Assembly (NCBI GenBank): GCA_036171755.1
Contig: JAVHRS010000035.1
Coordinates: 2,882 to 26,881 of the forward strand
Length of the DNA stretch: 24,000 bases
Direction: 5' to 3'
Source: Minisyncoccota bacterium
GTDB lineage: Bacteria > Patescibacteriota > Minisyncoccia > Phycocordibacterales > UBA9973
Within the stretch, counting starts at the first letter, position 1. Every line of letters begins with the position of its first letter. Below are positions 6,520 to 13,673 of this stretch, piece after piece. The notes beneath the pieces were generated by a model. The model made no database searches and was not told the origin of the DNA. It worked only from the letters and a program-made list of their open reading frames with translations. Both the position numbers and the translations under genes were made by a program.

Positions 6520-7110
6520 CTATTTATTTTTAATTTTATCCAAAATATCTGCATAAATATTTAATGGATTAGATAATATTTTATCACTTTTTGTTGAAAT
6601 AATTTTATAAAACTTTTCATAAAACCAGAGTTGATCTTCCTTTGAGGAATTAAATTTATCCCAAATTGAATTATTGGTGGCCATCTCATCTAAAATTGTT
6701 TTTAAATTATGTATCTTATCACAAAGAGAAACAGTAGTTGCCTCAAGTGAAGCATTTTCTAGATGCTTTAAATATTTTTCTTTTCTTATTTTCCATGTTT
6801 CTTTATCATTACTTTCCATCTCAGGATCTTTATCTTCTGATACTTCTTTTATTATTTGTAAAACTTTTTCACCAAAAGTATTTTGGATAGAATTCTCCTT
6901 CTCAGACATTAAAACTTTTACATCTTCCAAAACATCATGCAACAAACAGGCAATAAAAATATCTTCATCATCAGTAAATTGACTAGCAATATACATAACC
7001 GAAAAAGGGTGAGAAATATATGGAATCTTTTCCTCACCTTTTCGAAAATAACCATCATGGAATTTTGCAGCAATTTGAATTGCTGTATTCAACCTAGAAC
7101 TAAAATTCAT
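6520..7110 (-). CDS. HD-domain phosphohydrolase, RelA/SpoT-type (p)ppGpp-hydrolase-like (small alarmone hydrolase-like)
   Basis: AIQIAAKFHDGYFRKGEEKIPYISHPFSV...ACLLHDVLEDV matches the SpoT/Mesh1 HD hydrolase pattern (H..Q.RK...PY..HP ... LLHDvvED). The protein is 196 aa and single-domain. Confidence 0.8.
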   Translation of the reverse strand: MNFSSRLNTAIQIAAKFHDGYFRKGEEKIPYISHPFSVMYIASQFTDDEDIFIACLLHDVLEDVKVLMSEKENSIQNTFGEKVLQIIKEVSEDKDPEMESNDKETWKIRKEKYLKHLENASLEATTVSLCDKIHNLKTILDEMATNNSIWDKFNSSKEDQLWFYEKFYKIISTKSDKILSNPLNIYADILDKIKNK

Positions 7111-7115
7111 ATAAT

Positions 7116-7367
7116 TTATTGATTGAGTGTATGTCCTAAGTATTCAAAACGATCAATCATTTTTCCATCTTTCTCAACTTTCTCAAAAAACATATCTAGT
7201 GGGCGTGCTGAAACCATAGAGCCTTTTCGATCCTTTAAATCACCATTAAGAGGAATATAAACAACGAGTCTCTCTTCTGTTTCTGTATGACGAGCAATAG
7301 CAAGAACTTGTACAAGAAGCCCCTTAAAGTGTTTATAAATACCAAGTTTAACATCTAAATTATTCAT
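7116..7367 (-). CDS. DUF1653 family protein
   Basis: LGIYKHFKGLLVQVLAIARHTETEERLVVY...ARPLDMFFEKVEKDGKMIDRFEYLG matches the DUF1653 pattern as I remember it (YRHYKG.LY.V...A.HSETEE.LVVY...RPL.MF...V...G..V.RFEY.G). Confidence 0.8.
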   Translation of the reverse strand: MNNLDVKLGIYKHFKGLLVQVLAIARHTETEERLVVYIPLNGDLKDRKGSMVSARPLDMFFEKVEKDGKMIDRFEYLGHTLNQ

Positions 7368-7398
7368 AAGTTTAAATTATTTTTATCTAATAATACTA

Positions 7399-7426
7399 TT
7401 GATTATACCAAAATATATAGTATAAT
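7399..7426 (+). promoter_or_regulatory. Promoter of the Csx3-like fusion gene (near-leaderless mRNA)
   Basis: TTGATT (7399-7404), a 16-nt spacer, then TATAAT (7421-7426). The ATG at 7435 is only 8 nt past the -10 box, so the transcript would have almost no leader. Confidence 0.55.
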
Positions 7427-7434
7427 CAATATAT

Positions 7435-8667
7435 ATGAAAGAGGGTCAAGAAAGTTTTATACATAAAGATAATAAAATTGAACAAAAGAACTTTTTTGAA
7501 AAAGGTCTTAAAATTGTTGTTGGTGGACCGCCACATTCAGGTAAATCTGTATTTCTTGATGGATTATTAAAAAATCTTCCATATAATACTCACTATTTTA
7601 GTGGATGCCCTGATGGCGAAGGCCCATGGCTCCAAAGACACTATACTGAAGATGAGGTAAAAGCATTACGTCGTAAAGGTTCGTTTACGGAAGAGTTTGT
7701 AAATTTTGCACATGATGCAGTCAAAGACTTTGATGGTCAACTTATGCTTATTGATATTGGTGGTCGAATTACTCCAGAAAATATGAAAATTATTTCAGGG
7801 GCGACTCACGCAATTATTCTTTCTGGTGATACTAAAAATTTTGATGAATGGAATGATTTTTTTAAGAAGGAAGGTATAGAAATTATTGCAAAGCTTCATA
7901 GTGATTATGAGGGTAAAGAAGATACAATAACGGAAGATAATGAACAAATACAAGGTAGTGTTCATTATCTTGAAAGAGGACAACATCCAGAAGATAGAGA
8001 GAGTATAAAATTTGTTGCTGAACATATTACCGAACTTGTTAAAAAAAATGAAGAGAAAAAGAATATATCATTAGAGGATAATAATGAGCTTTTGAAAGTG
8101 GACTCATTAGTTTTTGAATATAATCTTAAGGCTAATTATGATAAAGAAACAGTTCCTGAGACATTAACTGGCTTACAAAAATATTTAAAAGATAATTATA
8201 GTGATTCTAAACAAATCAAGATCGATGGGCGTATAAATTCATATCTTGCTGGTTTTTTAGGAACTGAACTTGCAAATGGAGAACGAAAAATATCTTTCAA
8301 TAGTCCAAATGGTTTTGTTGGATTAAAGGAACTCAATCAATCCGAAAATGGAAATGTTATTGATTGGGAACAAAAAGAAAATATTACAAAACATGGAGAT
8401 TCTTTTCTTGAAATTAATTTTAAACTAGACCCATCAAAGCCTTTTAAACCAGAAGATTTAGATGAAATGAATATCCCTAAGATTAGCACGGGTAAAATTG
8501 TATCTATTGGCGGTAAGGGTCCACATTGGCTTAGAACGTCTATTGCAATAGGATATAAAAAGGATGCACAAGTTATTGCTATGTTCATTCCAGGAGAAGG
8601 ATCTATTGTTGTACATTCAAAAGATATAGAAAAATATCCCCTTGGAACATTACTTGAAAATAAATAA
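7435..8667 (+). CDS. P-loop NTPase fused to tandem Csx3-like (Crn3 ring-nuclease-like) domains
   Basis: The N-terminus has a Walker A motif, VVGGPPHSGKS. The C-terminus KIVSIGGKGPHWLRTSIAIGYKKDAQVIAMFIPGEGSIVVHS parallels A. fulgidus Csx3 as I recall it (GVVISGRGPIWLHCFLAHKY...VAVYDPRLGAVVVQS). A degenerate copy lies upstream (IKIDGRINSYLAGFLGTEL...ISFNSPNGFVGL). Not verified by search. Confidence 0.65.
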   Translation: MKEGQESFIHKDNKIEQKNFFEKGLKIVVGGPPHSGKSVFLDGLLKNLPYNTHYFSGCPDGEGPWLQRHYTEDEVKALRRKGSFTEEFVNFAHDAVKDFDGQLMLIDIGGRITPENMKIISGATHAIILSGDTKNFDEWNDFFKKEGIEIIAKLHSDYEGKEDTITEDNEQIQGSVHYLERGQHPEDRESIKFVAEHITELVKKNEEKKNISLEDNNELLKVDSLVFEYNLKANYDKETVPETLTGLQKYLKDNYSDSKQIKIDGRINSYLAGFLGTELANGERKISFNSPNGFVGLKELNQSENGNVIDWEQKENITKHGDSFLEINFKLDPSKPFKPEDLDEMNIPKISTGKIVSIGGKGPHWLRTSIAIGYKKDAQVIAMFIPGEGSIVVHSKDIEKYPLGTLLENK

Positions 8668-8691
8668 CCTCATAGATAAATCTATGAGGTT
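8666..8691. terminator. Bidirectional terminator between convergent genes
   Basis: 11-bp perfect stem AACCUCAUAGA / UCUAUGAGGUU with a UAAA loop and A/T-rich flanks. It overlaps the stop codon of 7435..8667. Confidence 0.75.
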
Positions 8692-8713
8692 ATTTATTTA
8701 GGAAACATTCAAA

Positions 8714-9616
8714 CTAATTTAGCTTTTCCTCAATCATCTTGAACTCTGGAGTATTACCAAATTCAGATCGTATTTTTTCTAAAAGATTTTTGATCATCTC
8801 TTTATCCATTTTAATCATTCCAGATTCTTCAAGATTCTTACCTTCCTGTCGAAGTGATTGAAGCCCAATTACTTCAGCTAATTCGAATTGTCTTGTTTCT
8901 GGATTAGAAGCTAAACGAATCATATTAGGCCATTGTCCACTAATACCATAGATTGCTGTTGTTTGAAGTGTTCCTAATGCCCCCAAACCAGCAGGAGCGT
9001 AAGCAACCTTACCTGATTCCCAGTCACCAACAGTCATACCGGCTTTTTGAGACGCTTCAACAAGAGCGGAAATAATTTTATTTTTCCCATCACCAGAAAT
9101 TTCTTCCGTAGTAATTTTATTGTCCCCAAAAGGTACAAATACAAGATTTTCTACTGTTGTCCCCATTTCTTCAGCAAGTGCTAAATGTTGATCAGCTGAT
9201 ATAGGGTGTCCACCTTGTAAAACAAATGTTTTACCCGATGCACTTCCTTCAATTCTCTGTCCACGAGCATCACGAGAAGCTTCATGTCGCCATTCAGACA
9301 AATTGATTTCAACGGGTTCTGATCCTGGTACAACAAGAAGAGCTTTTTTAGGTAATCCTGCTATCATTTCAGTGAGAGCAAGAAATATTCCAGATGCATG
9401 AGCCTGCCCAGGCAAAGCTATCTTGTCTGCATTTTTAATCTTACTAAGATTTGCAGAAACATATTCTTTTACTTGATCAATTAGATGCTTATCTTTTTCA
9501 AGATTAAGATTCAATACTTCTGTCTTTATATTTTCTCCAGTAATTGTAGGTACTGTTGAAAATGTGGATTCTGGTTGCTTTTCAGCAGAATTTACACGTT
9601 CAAATTTTGGTTCCAT
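8714..9616 (-). CDS. Unknown two-domain protein, paralog of 9718..10548
   Basis: 300 aa. It is collinear with the upstream gene product: EINLSEWRHEASRDAR versus ELNLHDFRHNQARPKR; TTVENLVFVPF versus GTETLVFANL; YAPAGLGALGTLQTTAIYGISGQWP versus MITAGLSPVNAILVTALHALCESWC; FELAEVIGL versus FHFTDLIQL. It has its own TGn-TATAAT -10 box on the minus strand (9653-9648). Confidence 0.75.
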   Translation of the reverse strand: MEPKFERVNSAEKQPESTFSTVPTITGENIKTEVLNLNLEKDKHLIDQVKEYVSANLSKIKNADKIALPGQAHASGIFLALTEMIAGLPKKALLVVPGSEPVEINLSEWRHEASRDARGQRIEGSASGKTFVLQGGHPISADQHLALAEEMGTTVENLVFVPFGDNKITTEEISGDGKNKIISALVEASQKAGMTVGDWESGKVAYAPAGLGALGTLQTTAIYGISGQWPNMIRLASNPETRQFELAEVIGLQSLRQEGKNLEESGMIKMDKEMIKNLLEKIRSEFGNTPEFKMIEEKLN

Positions 9617-9673
9617 ATATTTTATAAAGTTAATTACTAATAATTTGATTATAACATTTTTTTACAATAAAAA

Positions 9674-9700
9674 AGAGCGATTCCAATGTGGAACCGCTCT
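9674..9700 (-). terminator. Rho-independent terminator after 9718..10548
   Basis: On the minus strand: AGAGCGGUUCCA-CAU-UGGAAUCGCUCU followed by UUUUUUAUUG. Confidence 0.75.
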
Positions 9701-9717
9701 TTGCCAGTATGTTTAGA

Positions 9718-10548
9718 TTACCGGTTAATTTTTCTCAATTCATCCCCGAGTAACGTTCCTTCGGGATGTTCATTGAGCAATTGCTCAAAAACATCTTTAG
9801 GAACAAGAACGGGAGCACTCCCAGCGTTTGCAGTTCTGCCAAGGGCTTCCATTTTTCCCAACTGTATTAAGTCAGTGAAATGGAAAGTTCCTTCTTTGTT
9901 TTCTGCAACTGGCTGAGAACACCAGCTTTCACAAAGAGCATGTAGAGCAGTTACCAAAATTGCATTTACTGGGGAAAGTCCCGCAGTAATCATGATAACT
10001 CTGCGACTGGCAATTGAGTTACTAACTCCAGCACTTGAAAGTGCATTTGTTAACTCTTCAAGAAGCCATTCCGCTAAACCATTTTGACCTAAGTCAATCT
10101 GGCCAAGCTGAAGGTTAGCAAATACCAGTGTTTCAGTCCCAGCCAACTCAGAGAGCTCGGCTTTTTGGTGTTCAGGTACTTCACGTCCTGAAGCATTCAC
10201 AATAATCACTGCATCCTGGGACAAATTGTCCTCAGTTGCAAGGAATGTTGCACGCTTCGGCCTTGCTTGATTGTGACGGAAATCATGGAGATTTAACTCT
10301 CCCTTATTAATTCCATCAGGTCCAATCAAAGCAATCGTGGGAAATGTATTATTCTTTCCACGCAAGAATGCGCAGATTGAACTTCCAACTCCTGGTATCG
10401 GATGAAGCACTACTACCTCTTCTGTAGAGGCATTGACTCCAGAAATTTGAGCTTTAATCTGCTCTGCAATTGGAGTTCCGGGAACAATACTGAATGCGTA
10501 ATTCTTTTCACCTTGTACGCGAGGGTTTGTTGAAAATAAAGTTTTCAT
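9718..10548 (-). CDS. Unknown two-domain (Rossmann-like?) protein, paralog of 8714..9616
   Basis: 276 aa and relatively GC-rich. Strand-loop-helix elements VVVLHPIPGVGSSICAFL and RVIMITAGLSPVNAILVTALHAL suggest nucleotide- or ligand-binding folds. No family recognised with confidence. Confidence 0.75.
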   Translation of the reverse strand: MKTLFSTNPRVQGEKNYAFSIVPGTPIAEQIKAQISGVNASTEEVVVLHPIPGVGSSICAFLRGKNNTFPTIALIGPDGINKGELNLHDFRHNQARPKRATFLATEDNLSQDAVIIVNASGREVPEHQKAELSELAGTETLVFANLQLGQIDLGQNGLAEWLLEELTNALSSAGVSNSIASRRVIMITAGLSPVNAILVTALHALCESWCSQPVAENKEGTFHFTDLIQLGKMEALGRTANAGSAPVLVPKDVFEQLLNEHPEGTLLGDELRKINR

Positions 10549-10584
10549 TTTTTTATTTTTTAAATTAAAATTATTTATTATTCA

Positions 10585-10642
10585 CTCTTGAAATGAATAT
10601 TATAAGTACTTATTTAAATACCCATAATACTCATTTCAAGAG
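10585..10642 (-). promoter_or_regulatory. 19-bp hairpin in the 5' UTR of 9718..10548
   Basis: Arm 10585-10603 (ctcttgaaatgaatattat) pairs with 10624-10642 (ataatactcatttcaagag). The single imperfect position (10597/10630) is A.C on the plus strand but a G.U wobble on the minus strand. The loop is 20 nt. Confidence 0.6.
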
Positions 10643-10730
10643 AATTGAATAAAATTTCAACAAACCTAATTGAGATATTTATTAAAGAACAATTTTATAA
10701 GGCTGAATTTTCTCCTAACCCTACTTGCCT

Positions 10731-10759
10731 ATGATAGCATATTTATACTTCTTTGTCAA
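10731..10759 (-). promoter_or_regulatory. Candidate promoter for 9718..10548
   Basis: On the minus strand: TTGACA (10759-10754), a 17-nt spacer, then TATCAT (10736-10731). It lies downstream of the hammerhead and upstream of the 19-bp hairpin. Confidence 0.45.
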
Positions 10760-10801
10760 GTATTATATTGACATAAAATATAAATAATGTTAAAAAACAA
10801 T

Positions 10802-10854
10802 TCTATTTTCGTCCTTTTGGACTCATCAGTCAGGGCACACACCCTGAGAATAAA
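10802..10854 (-). ncRNA. Type III hammerhead self-cleaving ribozyme
   Basis: Minus-strand RNA: UUUAUUC^UCAGGG-UGUGUG-CCCUGA-CUGAUGA-GUCC-AAAA-GGAC-GAA-AAUAGA. The core is complete: C3-A9 CUGAUGA, the G10.1/C11.1 pair, G12A13A14, the A15.1-U16.1 pair and C17. Stems I (6 bp) and II (4 bp) are closed hairpins. Stem III is open: 6 bp, AAUAGA/UUUAUU, including one G.U. The predicted cleavage is after C17, between plus positions 10848 and 10847. Confidence 0.85.
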
Positions 10855-10899
10855 GGGTTCAGGAATATGTCCATCCCCCTTATTTTAATTAAAGAACAA

Positions 10900-11784
10900 T
10901 TACAGTCTCCTCAACACGGCCTCATCAAATACATTTATAGCATCAGAGCTTACTACGTTAGCAAGTTTAAAAACTTGTTGTACTAAATCTGTAGCTTCTG
11001 TTTTTGAGAGTTTAGGTTGTAGGTTCTGATTGATAGATTCTTGTAAATACCACTGTCTAGGTGATAATAACTTGAACCCAGCATCACTAACTTTTTCTCT
11101 CCATCCATCTTCTGGAAGAATTTCTTCATCTTCATGACCTTCATAAAAAGGTTTAGAGGATTCAGGCATCCACGAAGACATGTTTTGCGAACAGTATCGA
11201 AAACCTTTTACATCAAAATAATCATATCCGAGTTTTTTAATTTCTGTTAAAAAACTCAAGTCTGATACTCCTGAAATATAAGGATGTGCAATTGGCAAAC
11301 ACGATACACCGAACTCTTTTGCAAGAGCTAATGTATGCAAATGTTTTTGAAGAGAAACTTTTTCAATACTCCAATTTCCAGTTATACCTAGTATAAGATA
11401 AAAATTTGGATATTGTGCTAATTTTTGCATAACTTCACGACTAATTGGCCATTTTGTTACGCAAGTTGTAAGTTTTGCAACACTACTTGCTTTTTCCATC
11501 CATTCCCATAGGTATTTTTCAATTTTCGGGAAGAACGGATCAGTAATTGCAGTAAATCCTACAAAGTCACCTTTTAGAATTTTCCAAGGAAATTCTTTAA
11601 AGCGTTTTTGTTCATCCGAATCAGTATCAATCCATGGTGTGACATTCACAAAGCTACATGCTTTATTTATCCCCATTAATGGATTTTGATTCCAAATTTC
11701 TCTACGTACTTCATGCTCTGTGATGAAGCAGTATTTACAGGCAACTGGACATGCCGGCTCACCTGAAACGAATTTTTGTTTCAT
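10900..11784 (-). CDS. Radical SAM enzyme (SplB-like/'DNA repair photolyase'-type barrel)
   Basis: Contains CPVACKYCF (CxxxCxxC), followed by GFTAITDPFFPKIE and CVTKWP, which resemble the COG1533-type tDPYqP.E / TK pattern. I prefer the ATG at 11784 (MKQKFVSGEPACPVACKYC). The track start at 11859 would overlap the upstream gene by ~100 nt. Confidence 0.8.
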   Translation of the reverse strand: MKQKFVSGEPACPVACKYCFITEHEVRREIWNQNPLMGINKACSFVNVTPWIDTDSDEQKRFKEFPWKILKGDFVGFTAITDPFFPKIEKYLWEWMEKASSVAKLTTCVTKWPISREVMQKLAQYPNFYLILGITGNWSIEKVSLQKHLHTLALAKEFGVSCLPIAHPYISGVSDLSFLTEIKKLGYDYFDVKGFRYCSQNMSSWMPESSKPFYEGHEDEEILPEDGWREKVSDAGFKLLSPRQWYLQESINQNLQPKLSKTEATDLVQQVFKLANVVSSDAINVFDEAVLRRL

Positions 11785-12340
11785 TATCAATTTTTGGTTT
11801 TTGTATCTCACATATACCAATGATTTCATCGAGCACCTTATTGGGTGATTGATCTGCATTAATTACATGTAAGAGATTTTTTGAAGAATAAAATTCAAGT
11901 AGCTGTGGTATCCTACCTAGTTCAATAAGTAAGCGTTCGTTCATTTTTTCAAGTGAATCATCTTTTCTGTTTCTGTCTAAGGCACGTTTTATACATAACT
12001 CATCACTGAGTTCAAAATATATAACATGTGTAGGTTTAATAGAAAATAATTCAGCTTGATGTACATTTCGTGGAAATCCATCAACAACCCATGAATCTAA
12101 ATCCTGAAGTTTTGATTGTGCAATTTGCACAGTTAGTTCGTCAGGAAGTGGTTTCCATGTTTTTTGATTAAAGTGGTCTCGAATAGATTGATGCAAGGAG
12201 TGCTCAAGGTTAGATGCTATTTCGCGTGATACATCACCAATAGAAATATGTGGTATTTTGTATTTTTGCGAAAGCATCTCACCTTGAGTTCCTTTACCTG
12301 TACCTGGTTTACCTAACAATACGATTTTCATATCTTTCAT
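11759..12340 (-). CDS. Adenylate-kinase-like nucleoside monophosphate kinase (short, no zinc lid)
   Basis: IVLLGKPGTGKGTQGEMLSQKYKIPHISIGD and VVDGFPRN match the Adk P-loop and NMP-binding signatures (GxPGxGKGTQ, DGFPR). Its 3' end overlaps the radical SAM start, suggesting translational coupling. Confidence 0.8.
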   Translation of the reverse strand: MKDMKIVLLGKPGTGKGTQGEMLSQKYKIPHISIGDVSREIASNLEHSLHQSIRDHFNQKTWKPLPDELTVQIAQSKLQDLDSWVVDGFPRNVHQAELFSIKPTHVIYFELSDELCIKRALDRNRKDDSLEKMNERLLIELGRIPQLLEFYSSKNLLHVINADQSPNKVLDEIIGICEIQKPKIDNETKIRFR

Positions 12341-12352
12341 TGTATTTTAAGA

Positions 12353-13582
12353 TTAAGAATTCGTAAAGAGGTTATTATAGGTAAAACTTTTTTTGCAAAC
12401 TTTAGTCTTTCTATCCTCTGGAAGCTCAATCATCTCAAGTAACCTAGAAGGATTAAAACCGAAGCTTTTTTGTTCATGAATATAATATTTCTCAATACAA
12501 TATTTGCAATCGAAACATTTCTTCATTGCAGTAGCTATTGGCCACCATGAGTTCAAACAAGTGATTTCAGGAACTTTTGGGAAATTAGGAAAATTAACTT
12601 CTCCAACATCCTTCATTCCCTTATCTCTACAACCATCTTGCTGGCATATCATACCAGTAAGAAACCTCATAAAAGTGAGATCTCCTAAACGAATTTTACC
12701 TCTAACTTCTATATGAGGATTTTCGTTTAAAAAGAAACACGTCGTGCAACATGATATACATTTAAGGCGATTACTTGCCTCAACATCACATTTCTGTTGC
12801 ACTTCATTCCCAGCAACAAACTTTACGTCGTAGCCAAGTTCTTTTAAAAACTCGATACTACCTTCACGAGGTTCAGATAGTCCTTGACAAGTCGTAAGAA
12901 GTGGACAACTTACCTCACTACATTTCACTAATTTTGGTGAATTGTAATAAGGGTTATATGTCCACTTATGCCCAAGCAAGAAGTCCACAGCACAGCTTGT
13001 CCTTGTGAACAACTGCACTCCAAACTCTTTACTTGCTGCTAAAGTATCAGACCAGATTTCGGGTGTAATTTGCTTTACCCGCAGGACCCATTCGGTCACT
13101 TCTGCGGGTTGCATTTCGTTAACAAGCATCTCATCCCCACGAAATCCAGCCACTACTGCCGCTCGACAATTGACTTCACTAAGACGACGGAAGATATAAT
13201 TAATTGTCTCCCGATTAGTATTGTACGGCGGAGTCAATGGTCTTATATACCCAATAGCAGGAACCCCTACCTCATTTAAGAGGCGGATATTCTCGTATCG
13301 GTGCTCATGTCCTACATTTTCCATACTTCTAAGTTCAGAGATGGAAACGAGGACCACGATGTTCAAGCCTTTGTCCTTACGAAGACGAAGATCAGCGACC
13401 TTACCCTCGCAAAGACGACCCTTCAAAATCAAACCTACTGGACCCTCATGATGAGTCTCCAATAGATCATCCAGTTTTGTGAGCGTATCCGACCACTGAA
13501 GAGTCGGGTCCCCATAAAAGTTATTTATAGAGACAGGAATCTGTCGAAGCAAACTCTTATACATTTCTGTTTTTTCTTTCAT
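12353..13582 (-). CDS. Radical-SAM-like barrel paralog lacking the N-terminal CxxxCxxC, with a Cys-rich C-terminal extension
   Basis: The N-terminal half parallels the neighbouring radical SAM protein: VSINNFYGDPTLQW versus GFTAITDPFFPK, and VVAGFRG versus DVKGFRY. No Cys triad precedes it. The C-terminal half carries CSEVSCPLLTTC, CDVEASNRLKCISCCTTCF, CQQDGC and CFDCKYCI. Confidence 0.7.
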   Translation of the reverse strand: MKEKTEMYKSLLRQIPVSINNFYGDPTLQWSDTLTKLDDLLETHHEGPVGLILKGRLCEGKVADLRLRKDKGLNIVVLVSISELRSMENVGHEHRYENIRLLNEVGVPAIGYIRPLTPPYNTNRETINYIFRRLSEVNCRAAVVAGFRGDEMLVNEMQPAEVTEWVLRVKQITPEIWSDTLAASKEFGVQLFTRTSCAVDFLLGHKWTYNPYYNSPKLVKCSEVSCPLLTTCQGLSEPREGSIEFLKELGYDVKFVAGNEVQQKCDVEASNRLKCISCCTTCFFLNENPHIEVRGKIRLGDLTFMRFLTGMICQQDGCRDKGMKDVGEVNFPNFPKVPEITCLNSWWPIATAMKKCFDCKYCIEKYYIHEQKSFGFNPSRLLEMIELPEDRKTKVCKKSFTYNNLFTNS

Positions 13583-13673
13583 TTTTTTATTTATTTTAGT
13601 TTACAAGAGTGATGATAATATCACCACCCCAAAAACTAAAATAAATTCTGAAAGAAAAGTTCCTATCTTTCTA

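Noticed and set aside
6955-6985. Additional hammerhead cores (minus-strand CUGAUGA-like strings near 6963-6975 and 1183-1195)
   Set aside because: They lie inside coding sequence and lack a stem II followed by GAAA and a compatible stem I/III.
10737-10775. Plus-strand promoter-like TTGACA (10769-10774) in the 10549-10899 gap
   Set aside because: There is no plus-strand gene or convincing RNA downstream. The minus-strand TTGACA-17-TATCAT promoter and minus-strand features (hammerhead, G.U-containing hairpin) explain the region better.
11785-11859. N-terminal 25-codon extension of the radical SAM ORF
   Set aside because: It would overlap the adenylate-kinase-like gene by ~100 nt. The ATG at 11784 sits 13 codons before the first Cys of the CxxxCxxC motif, which is typical.
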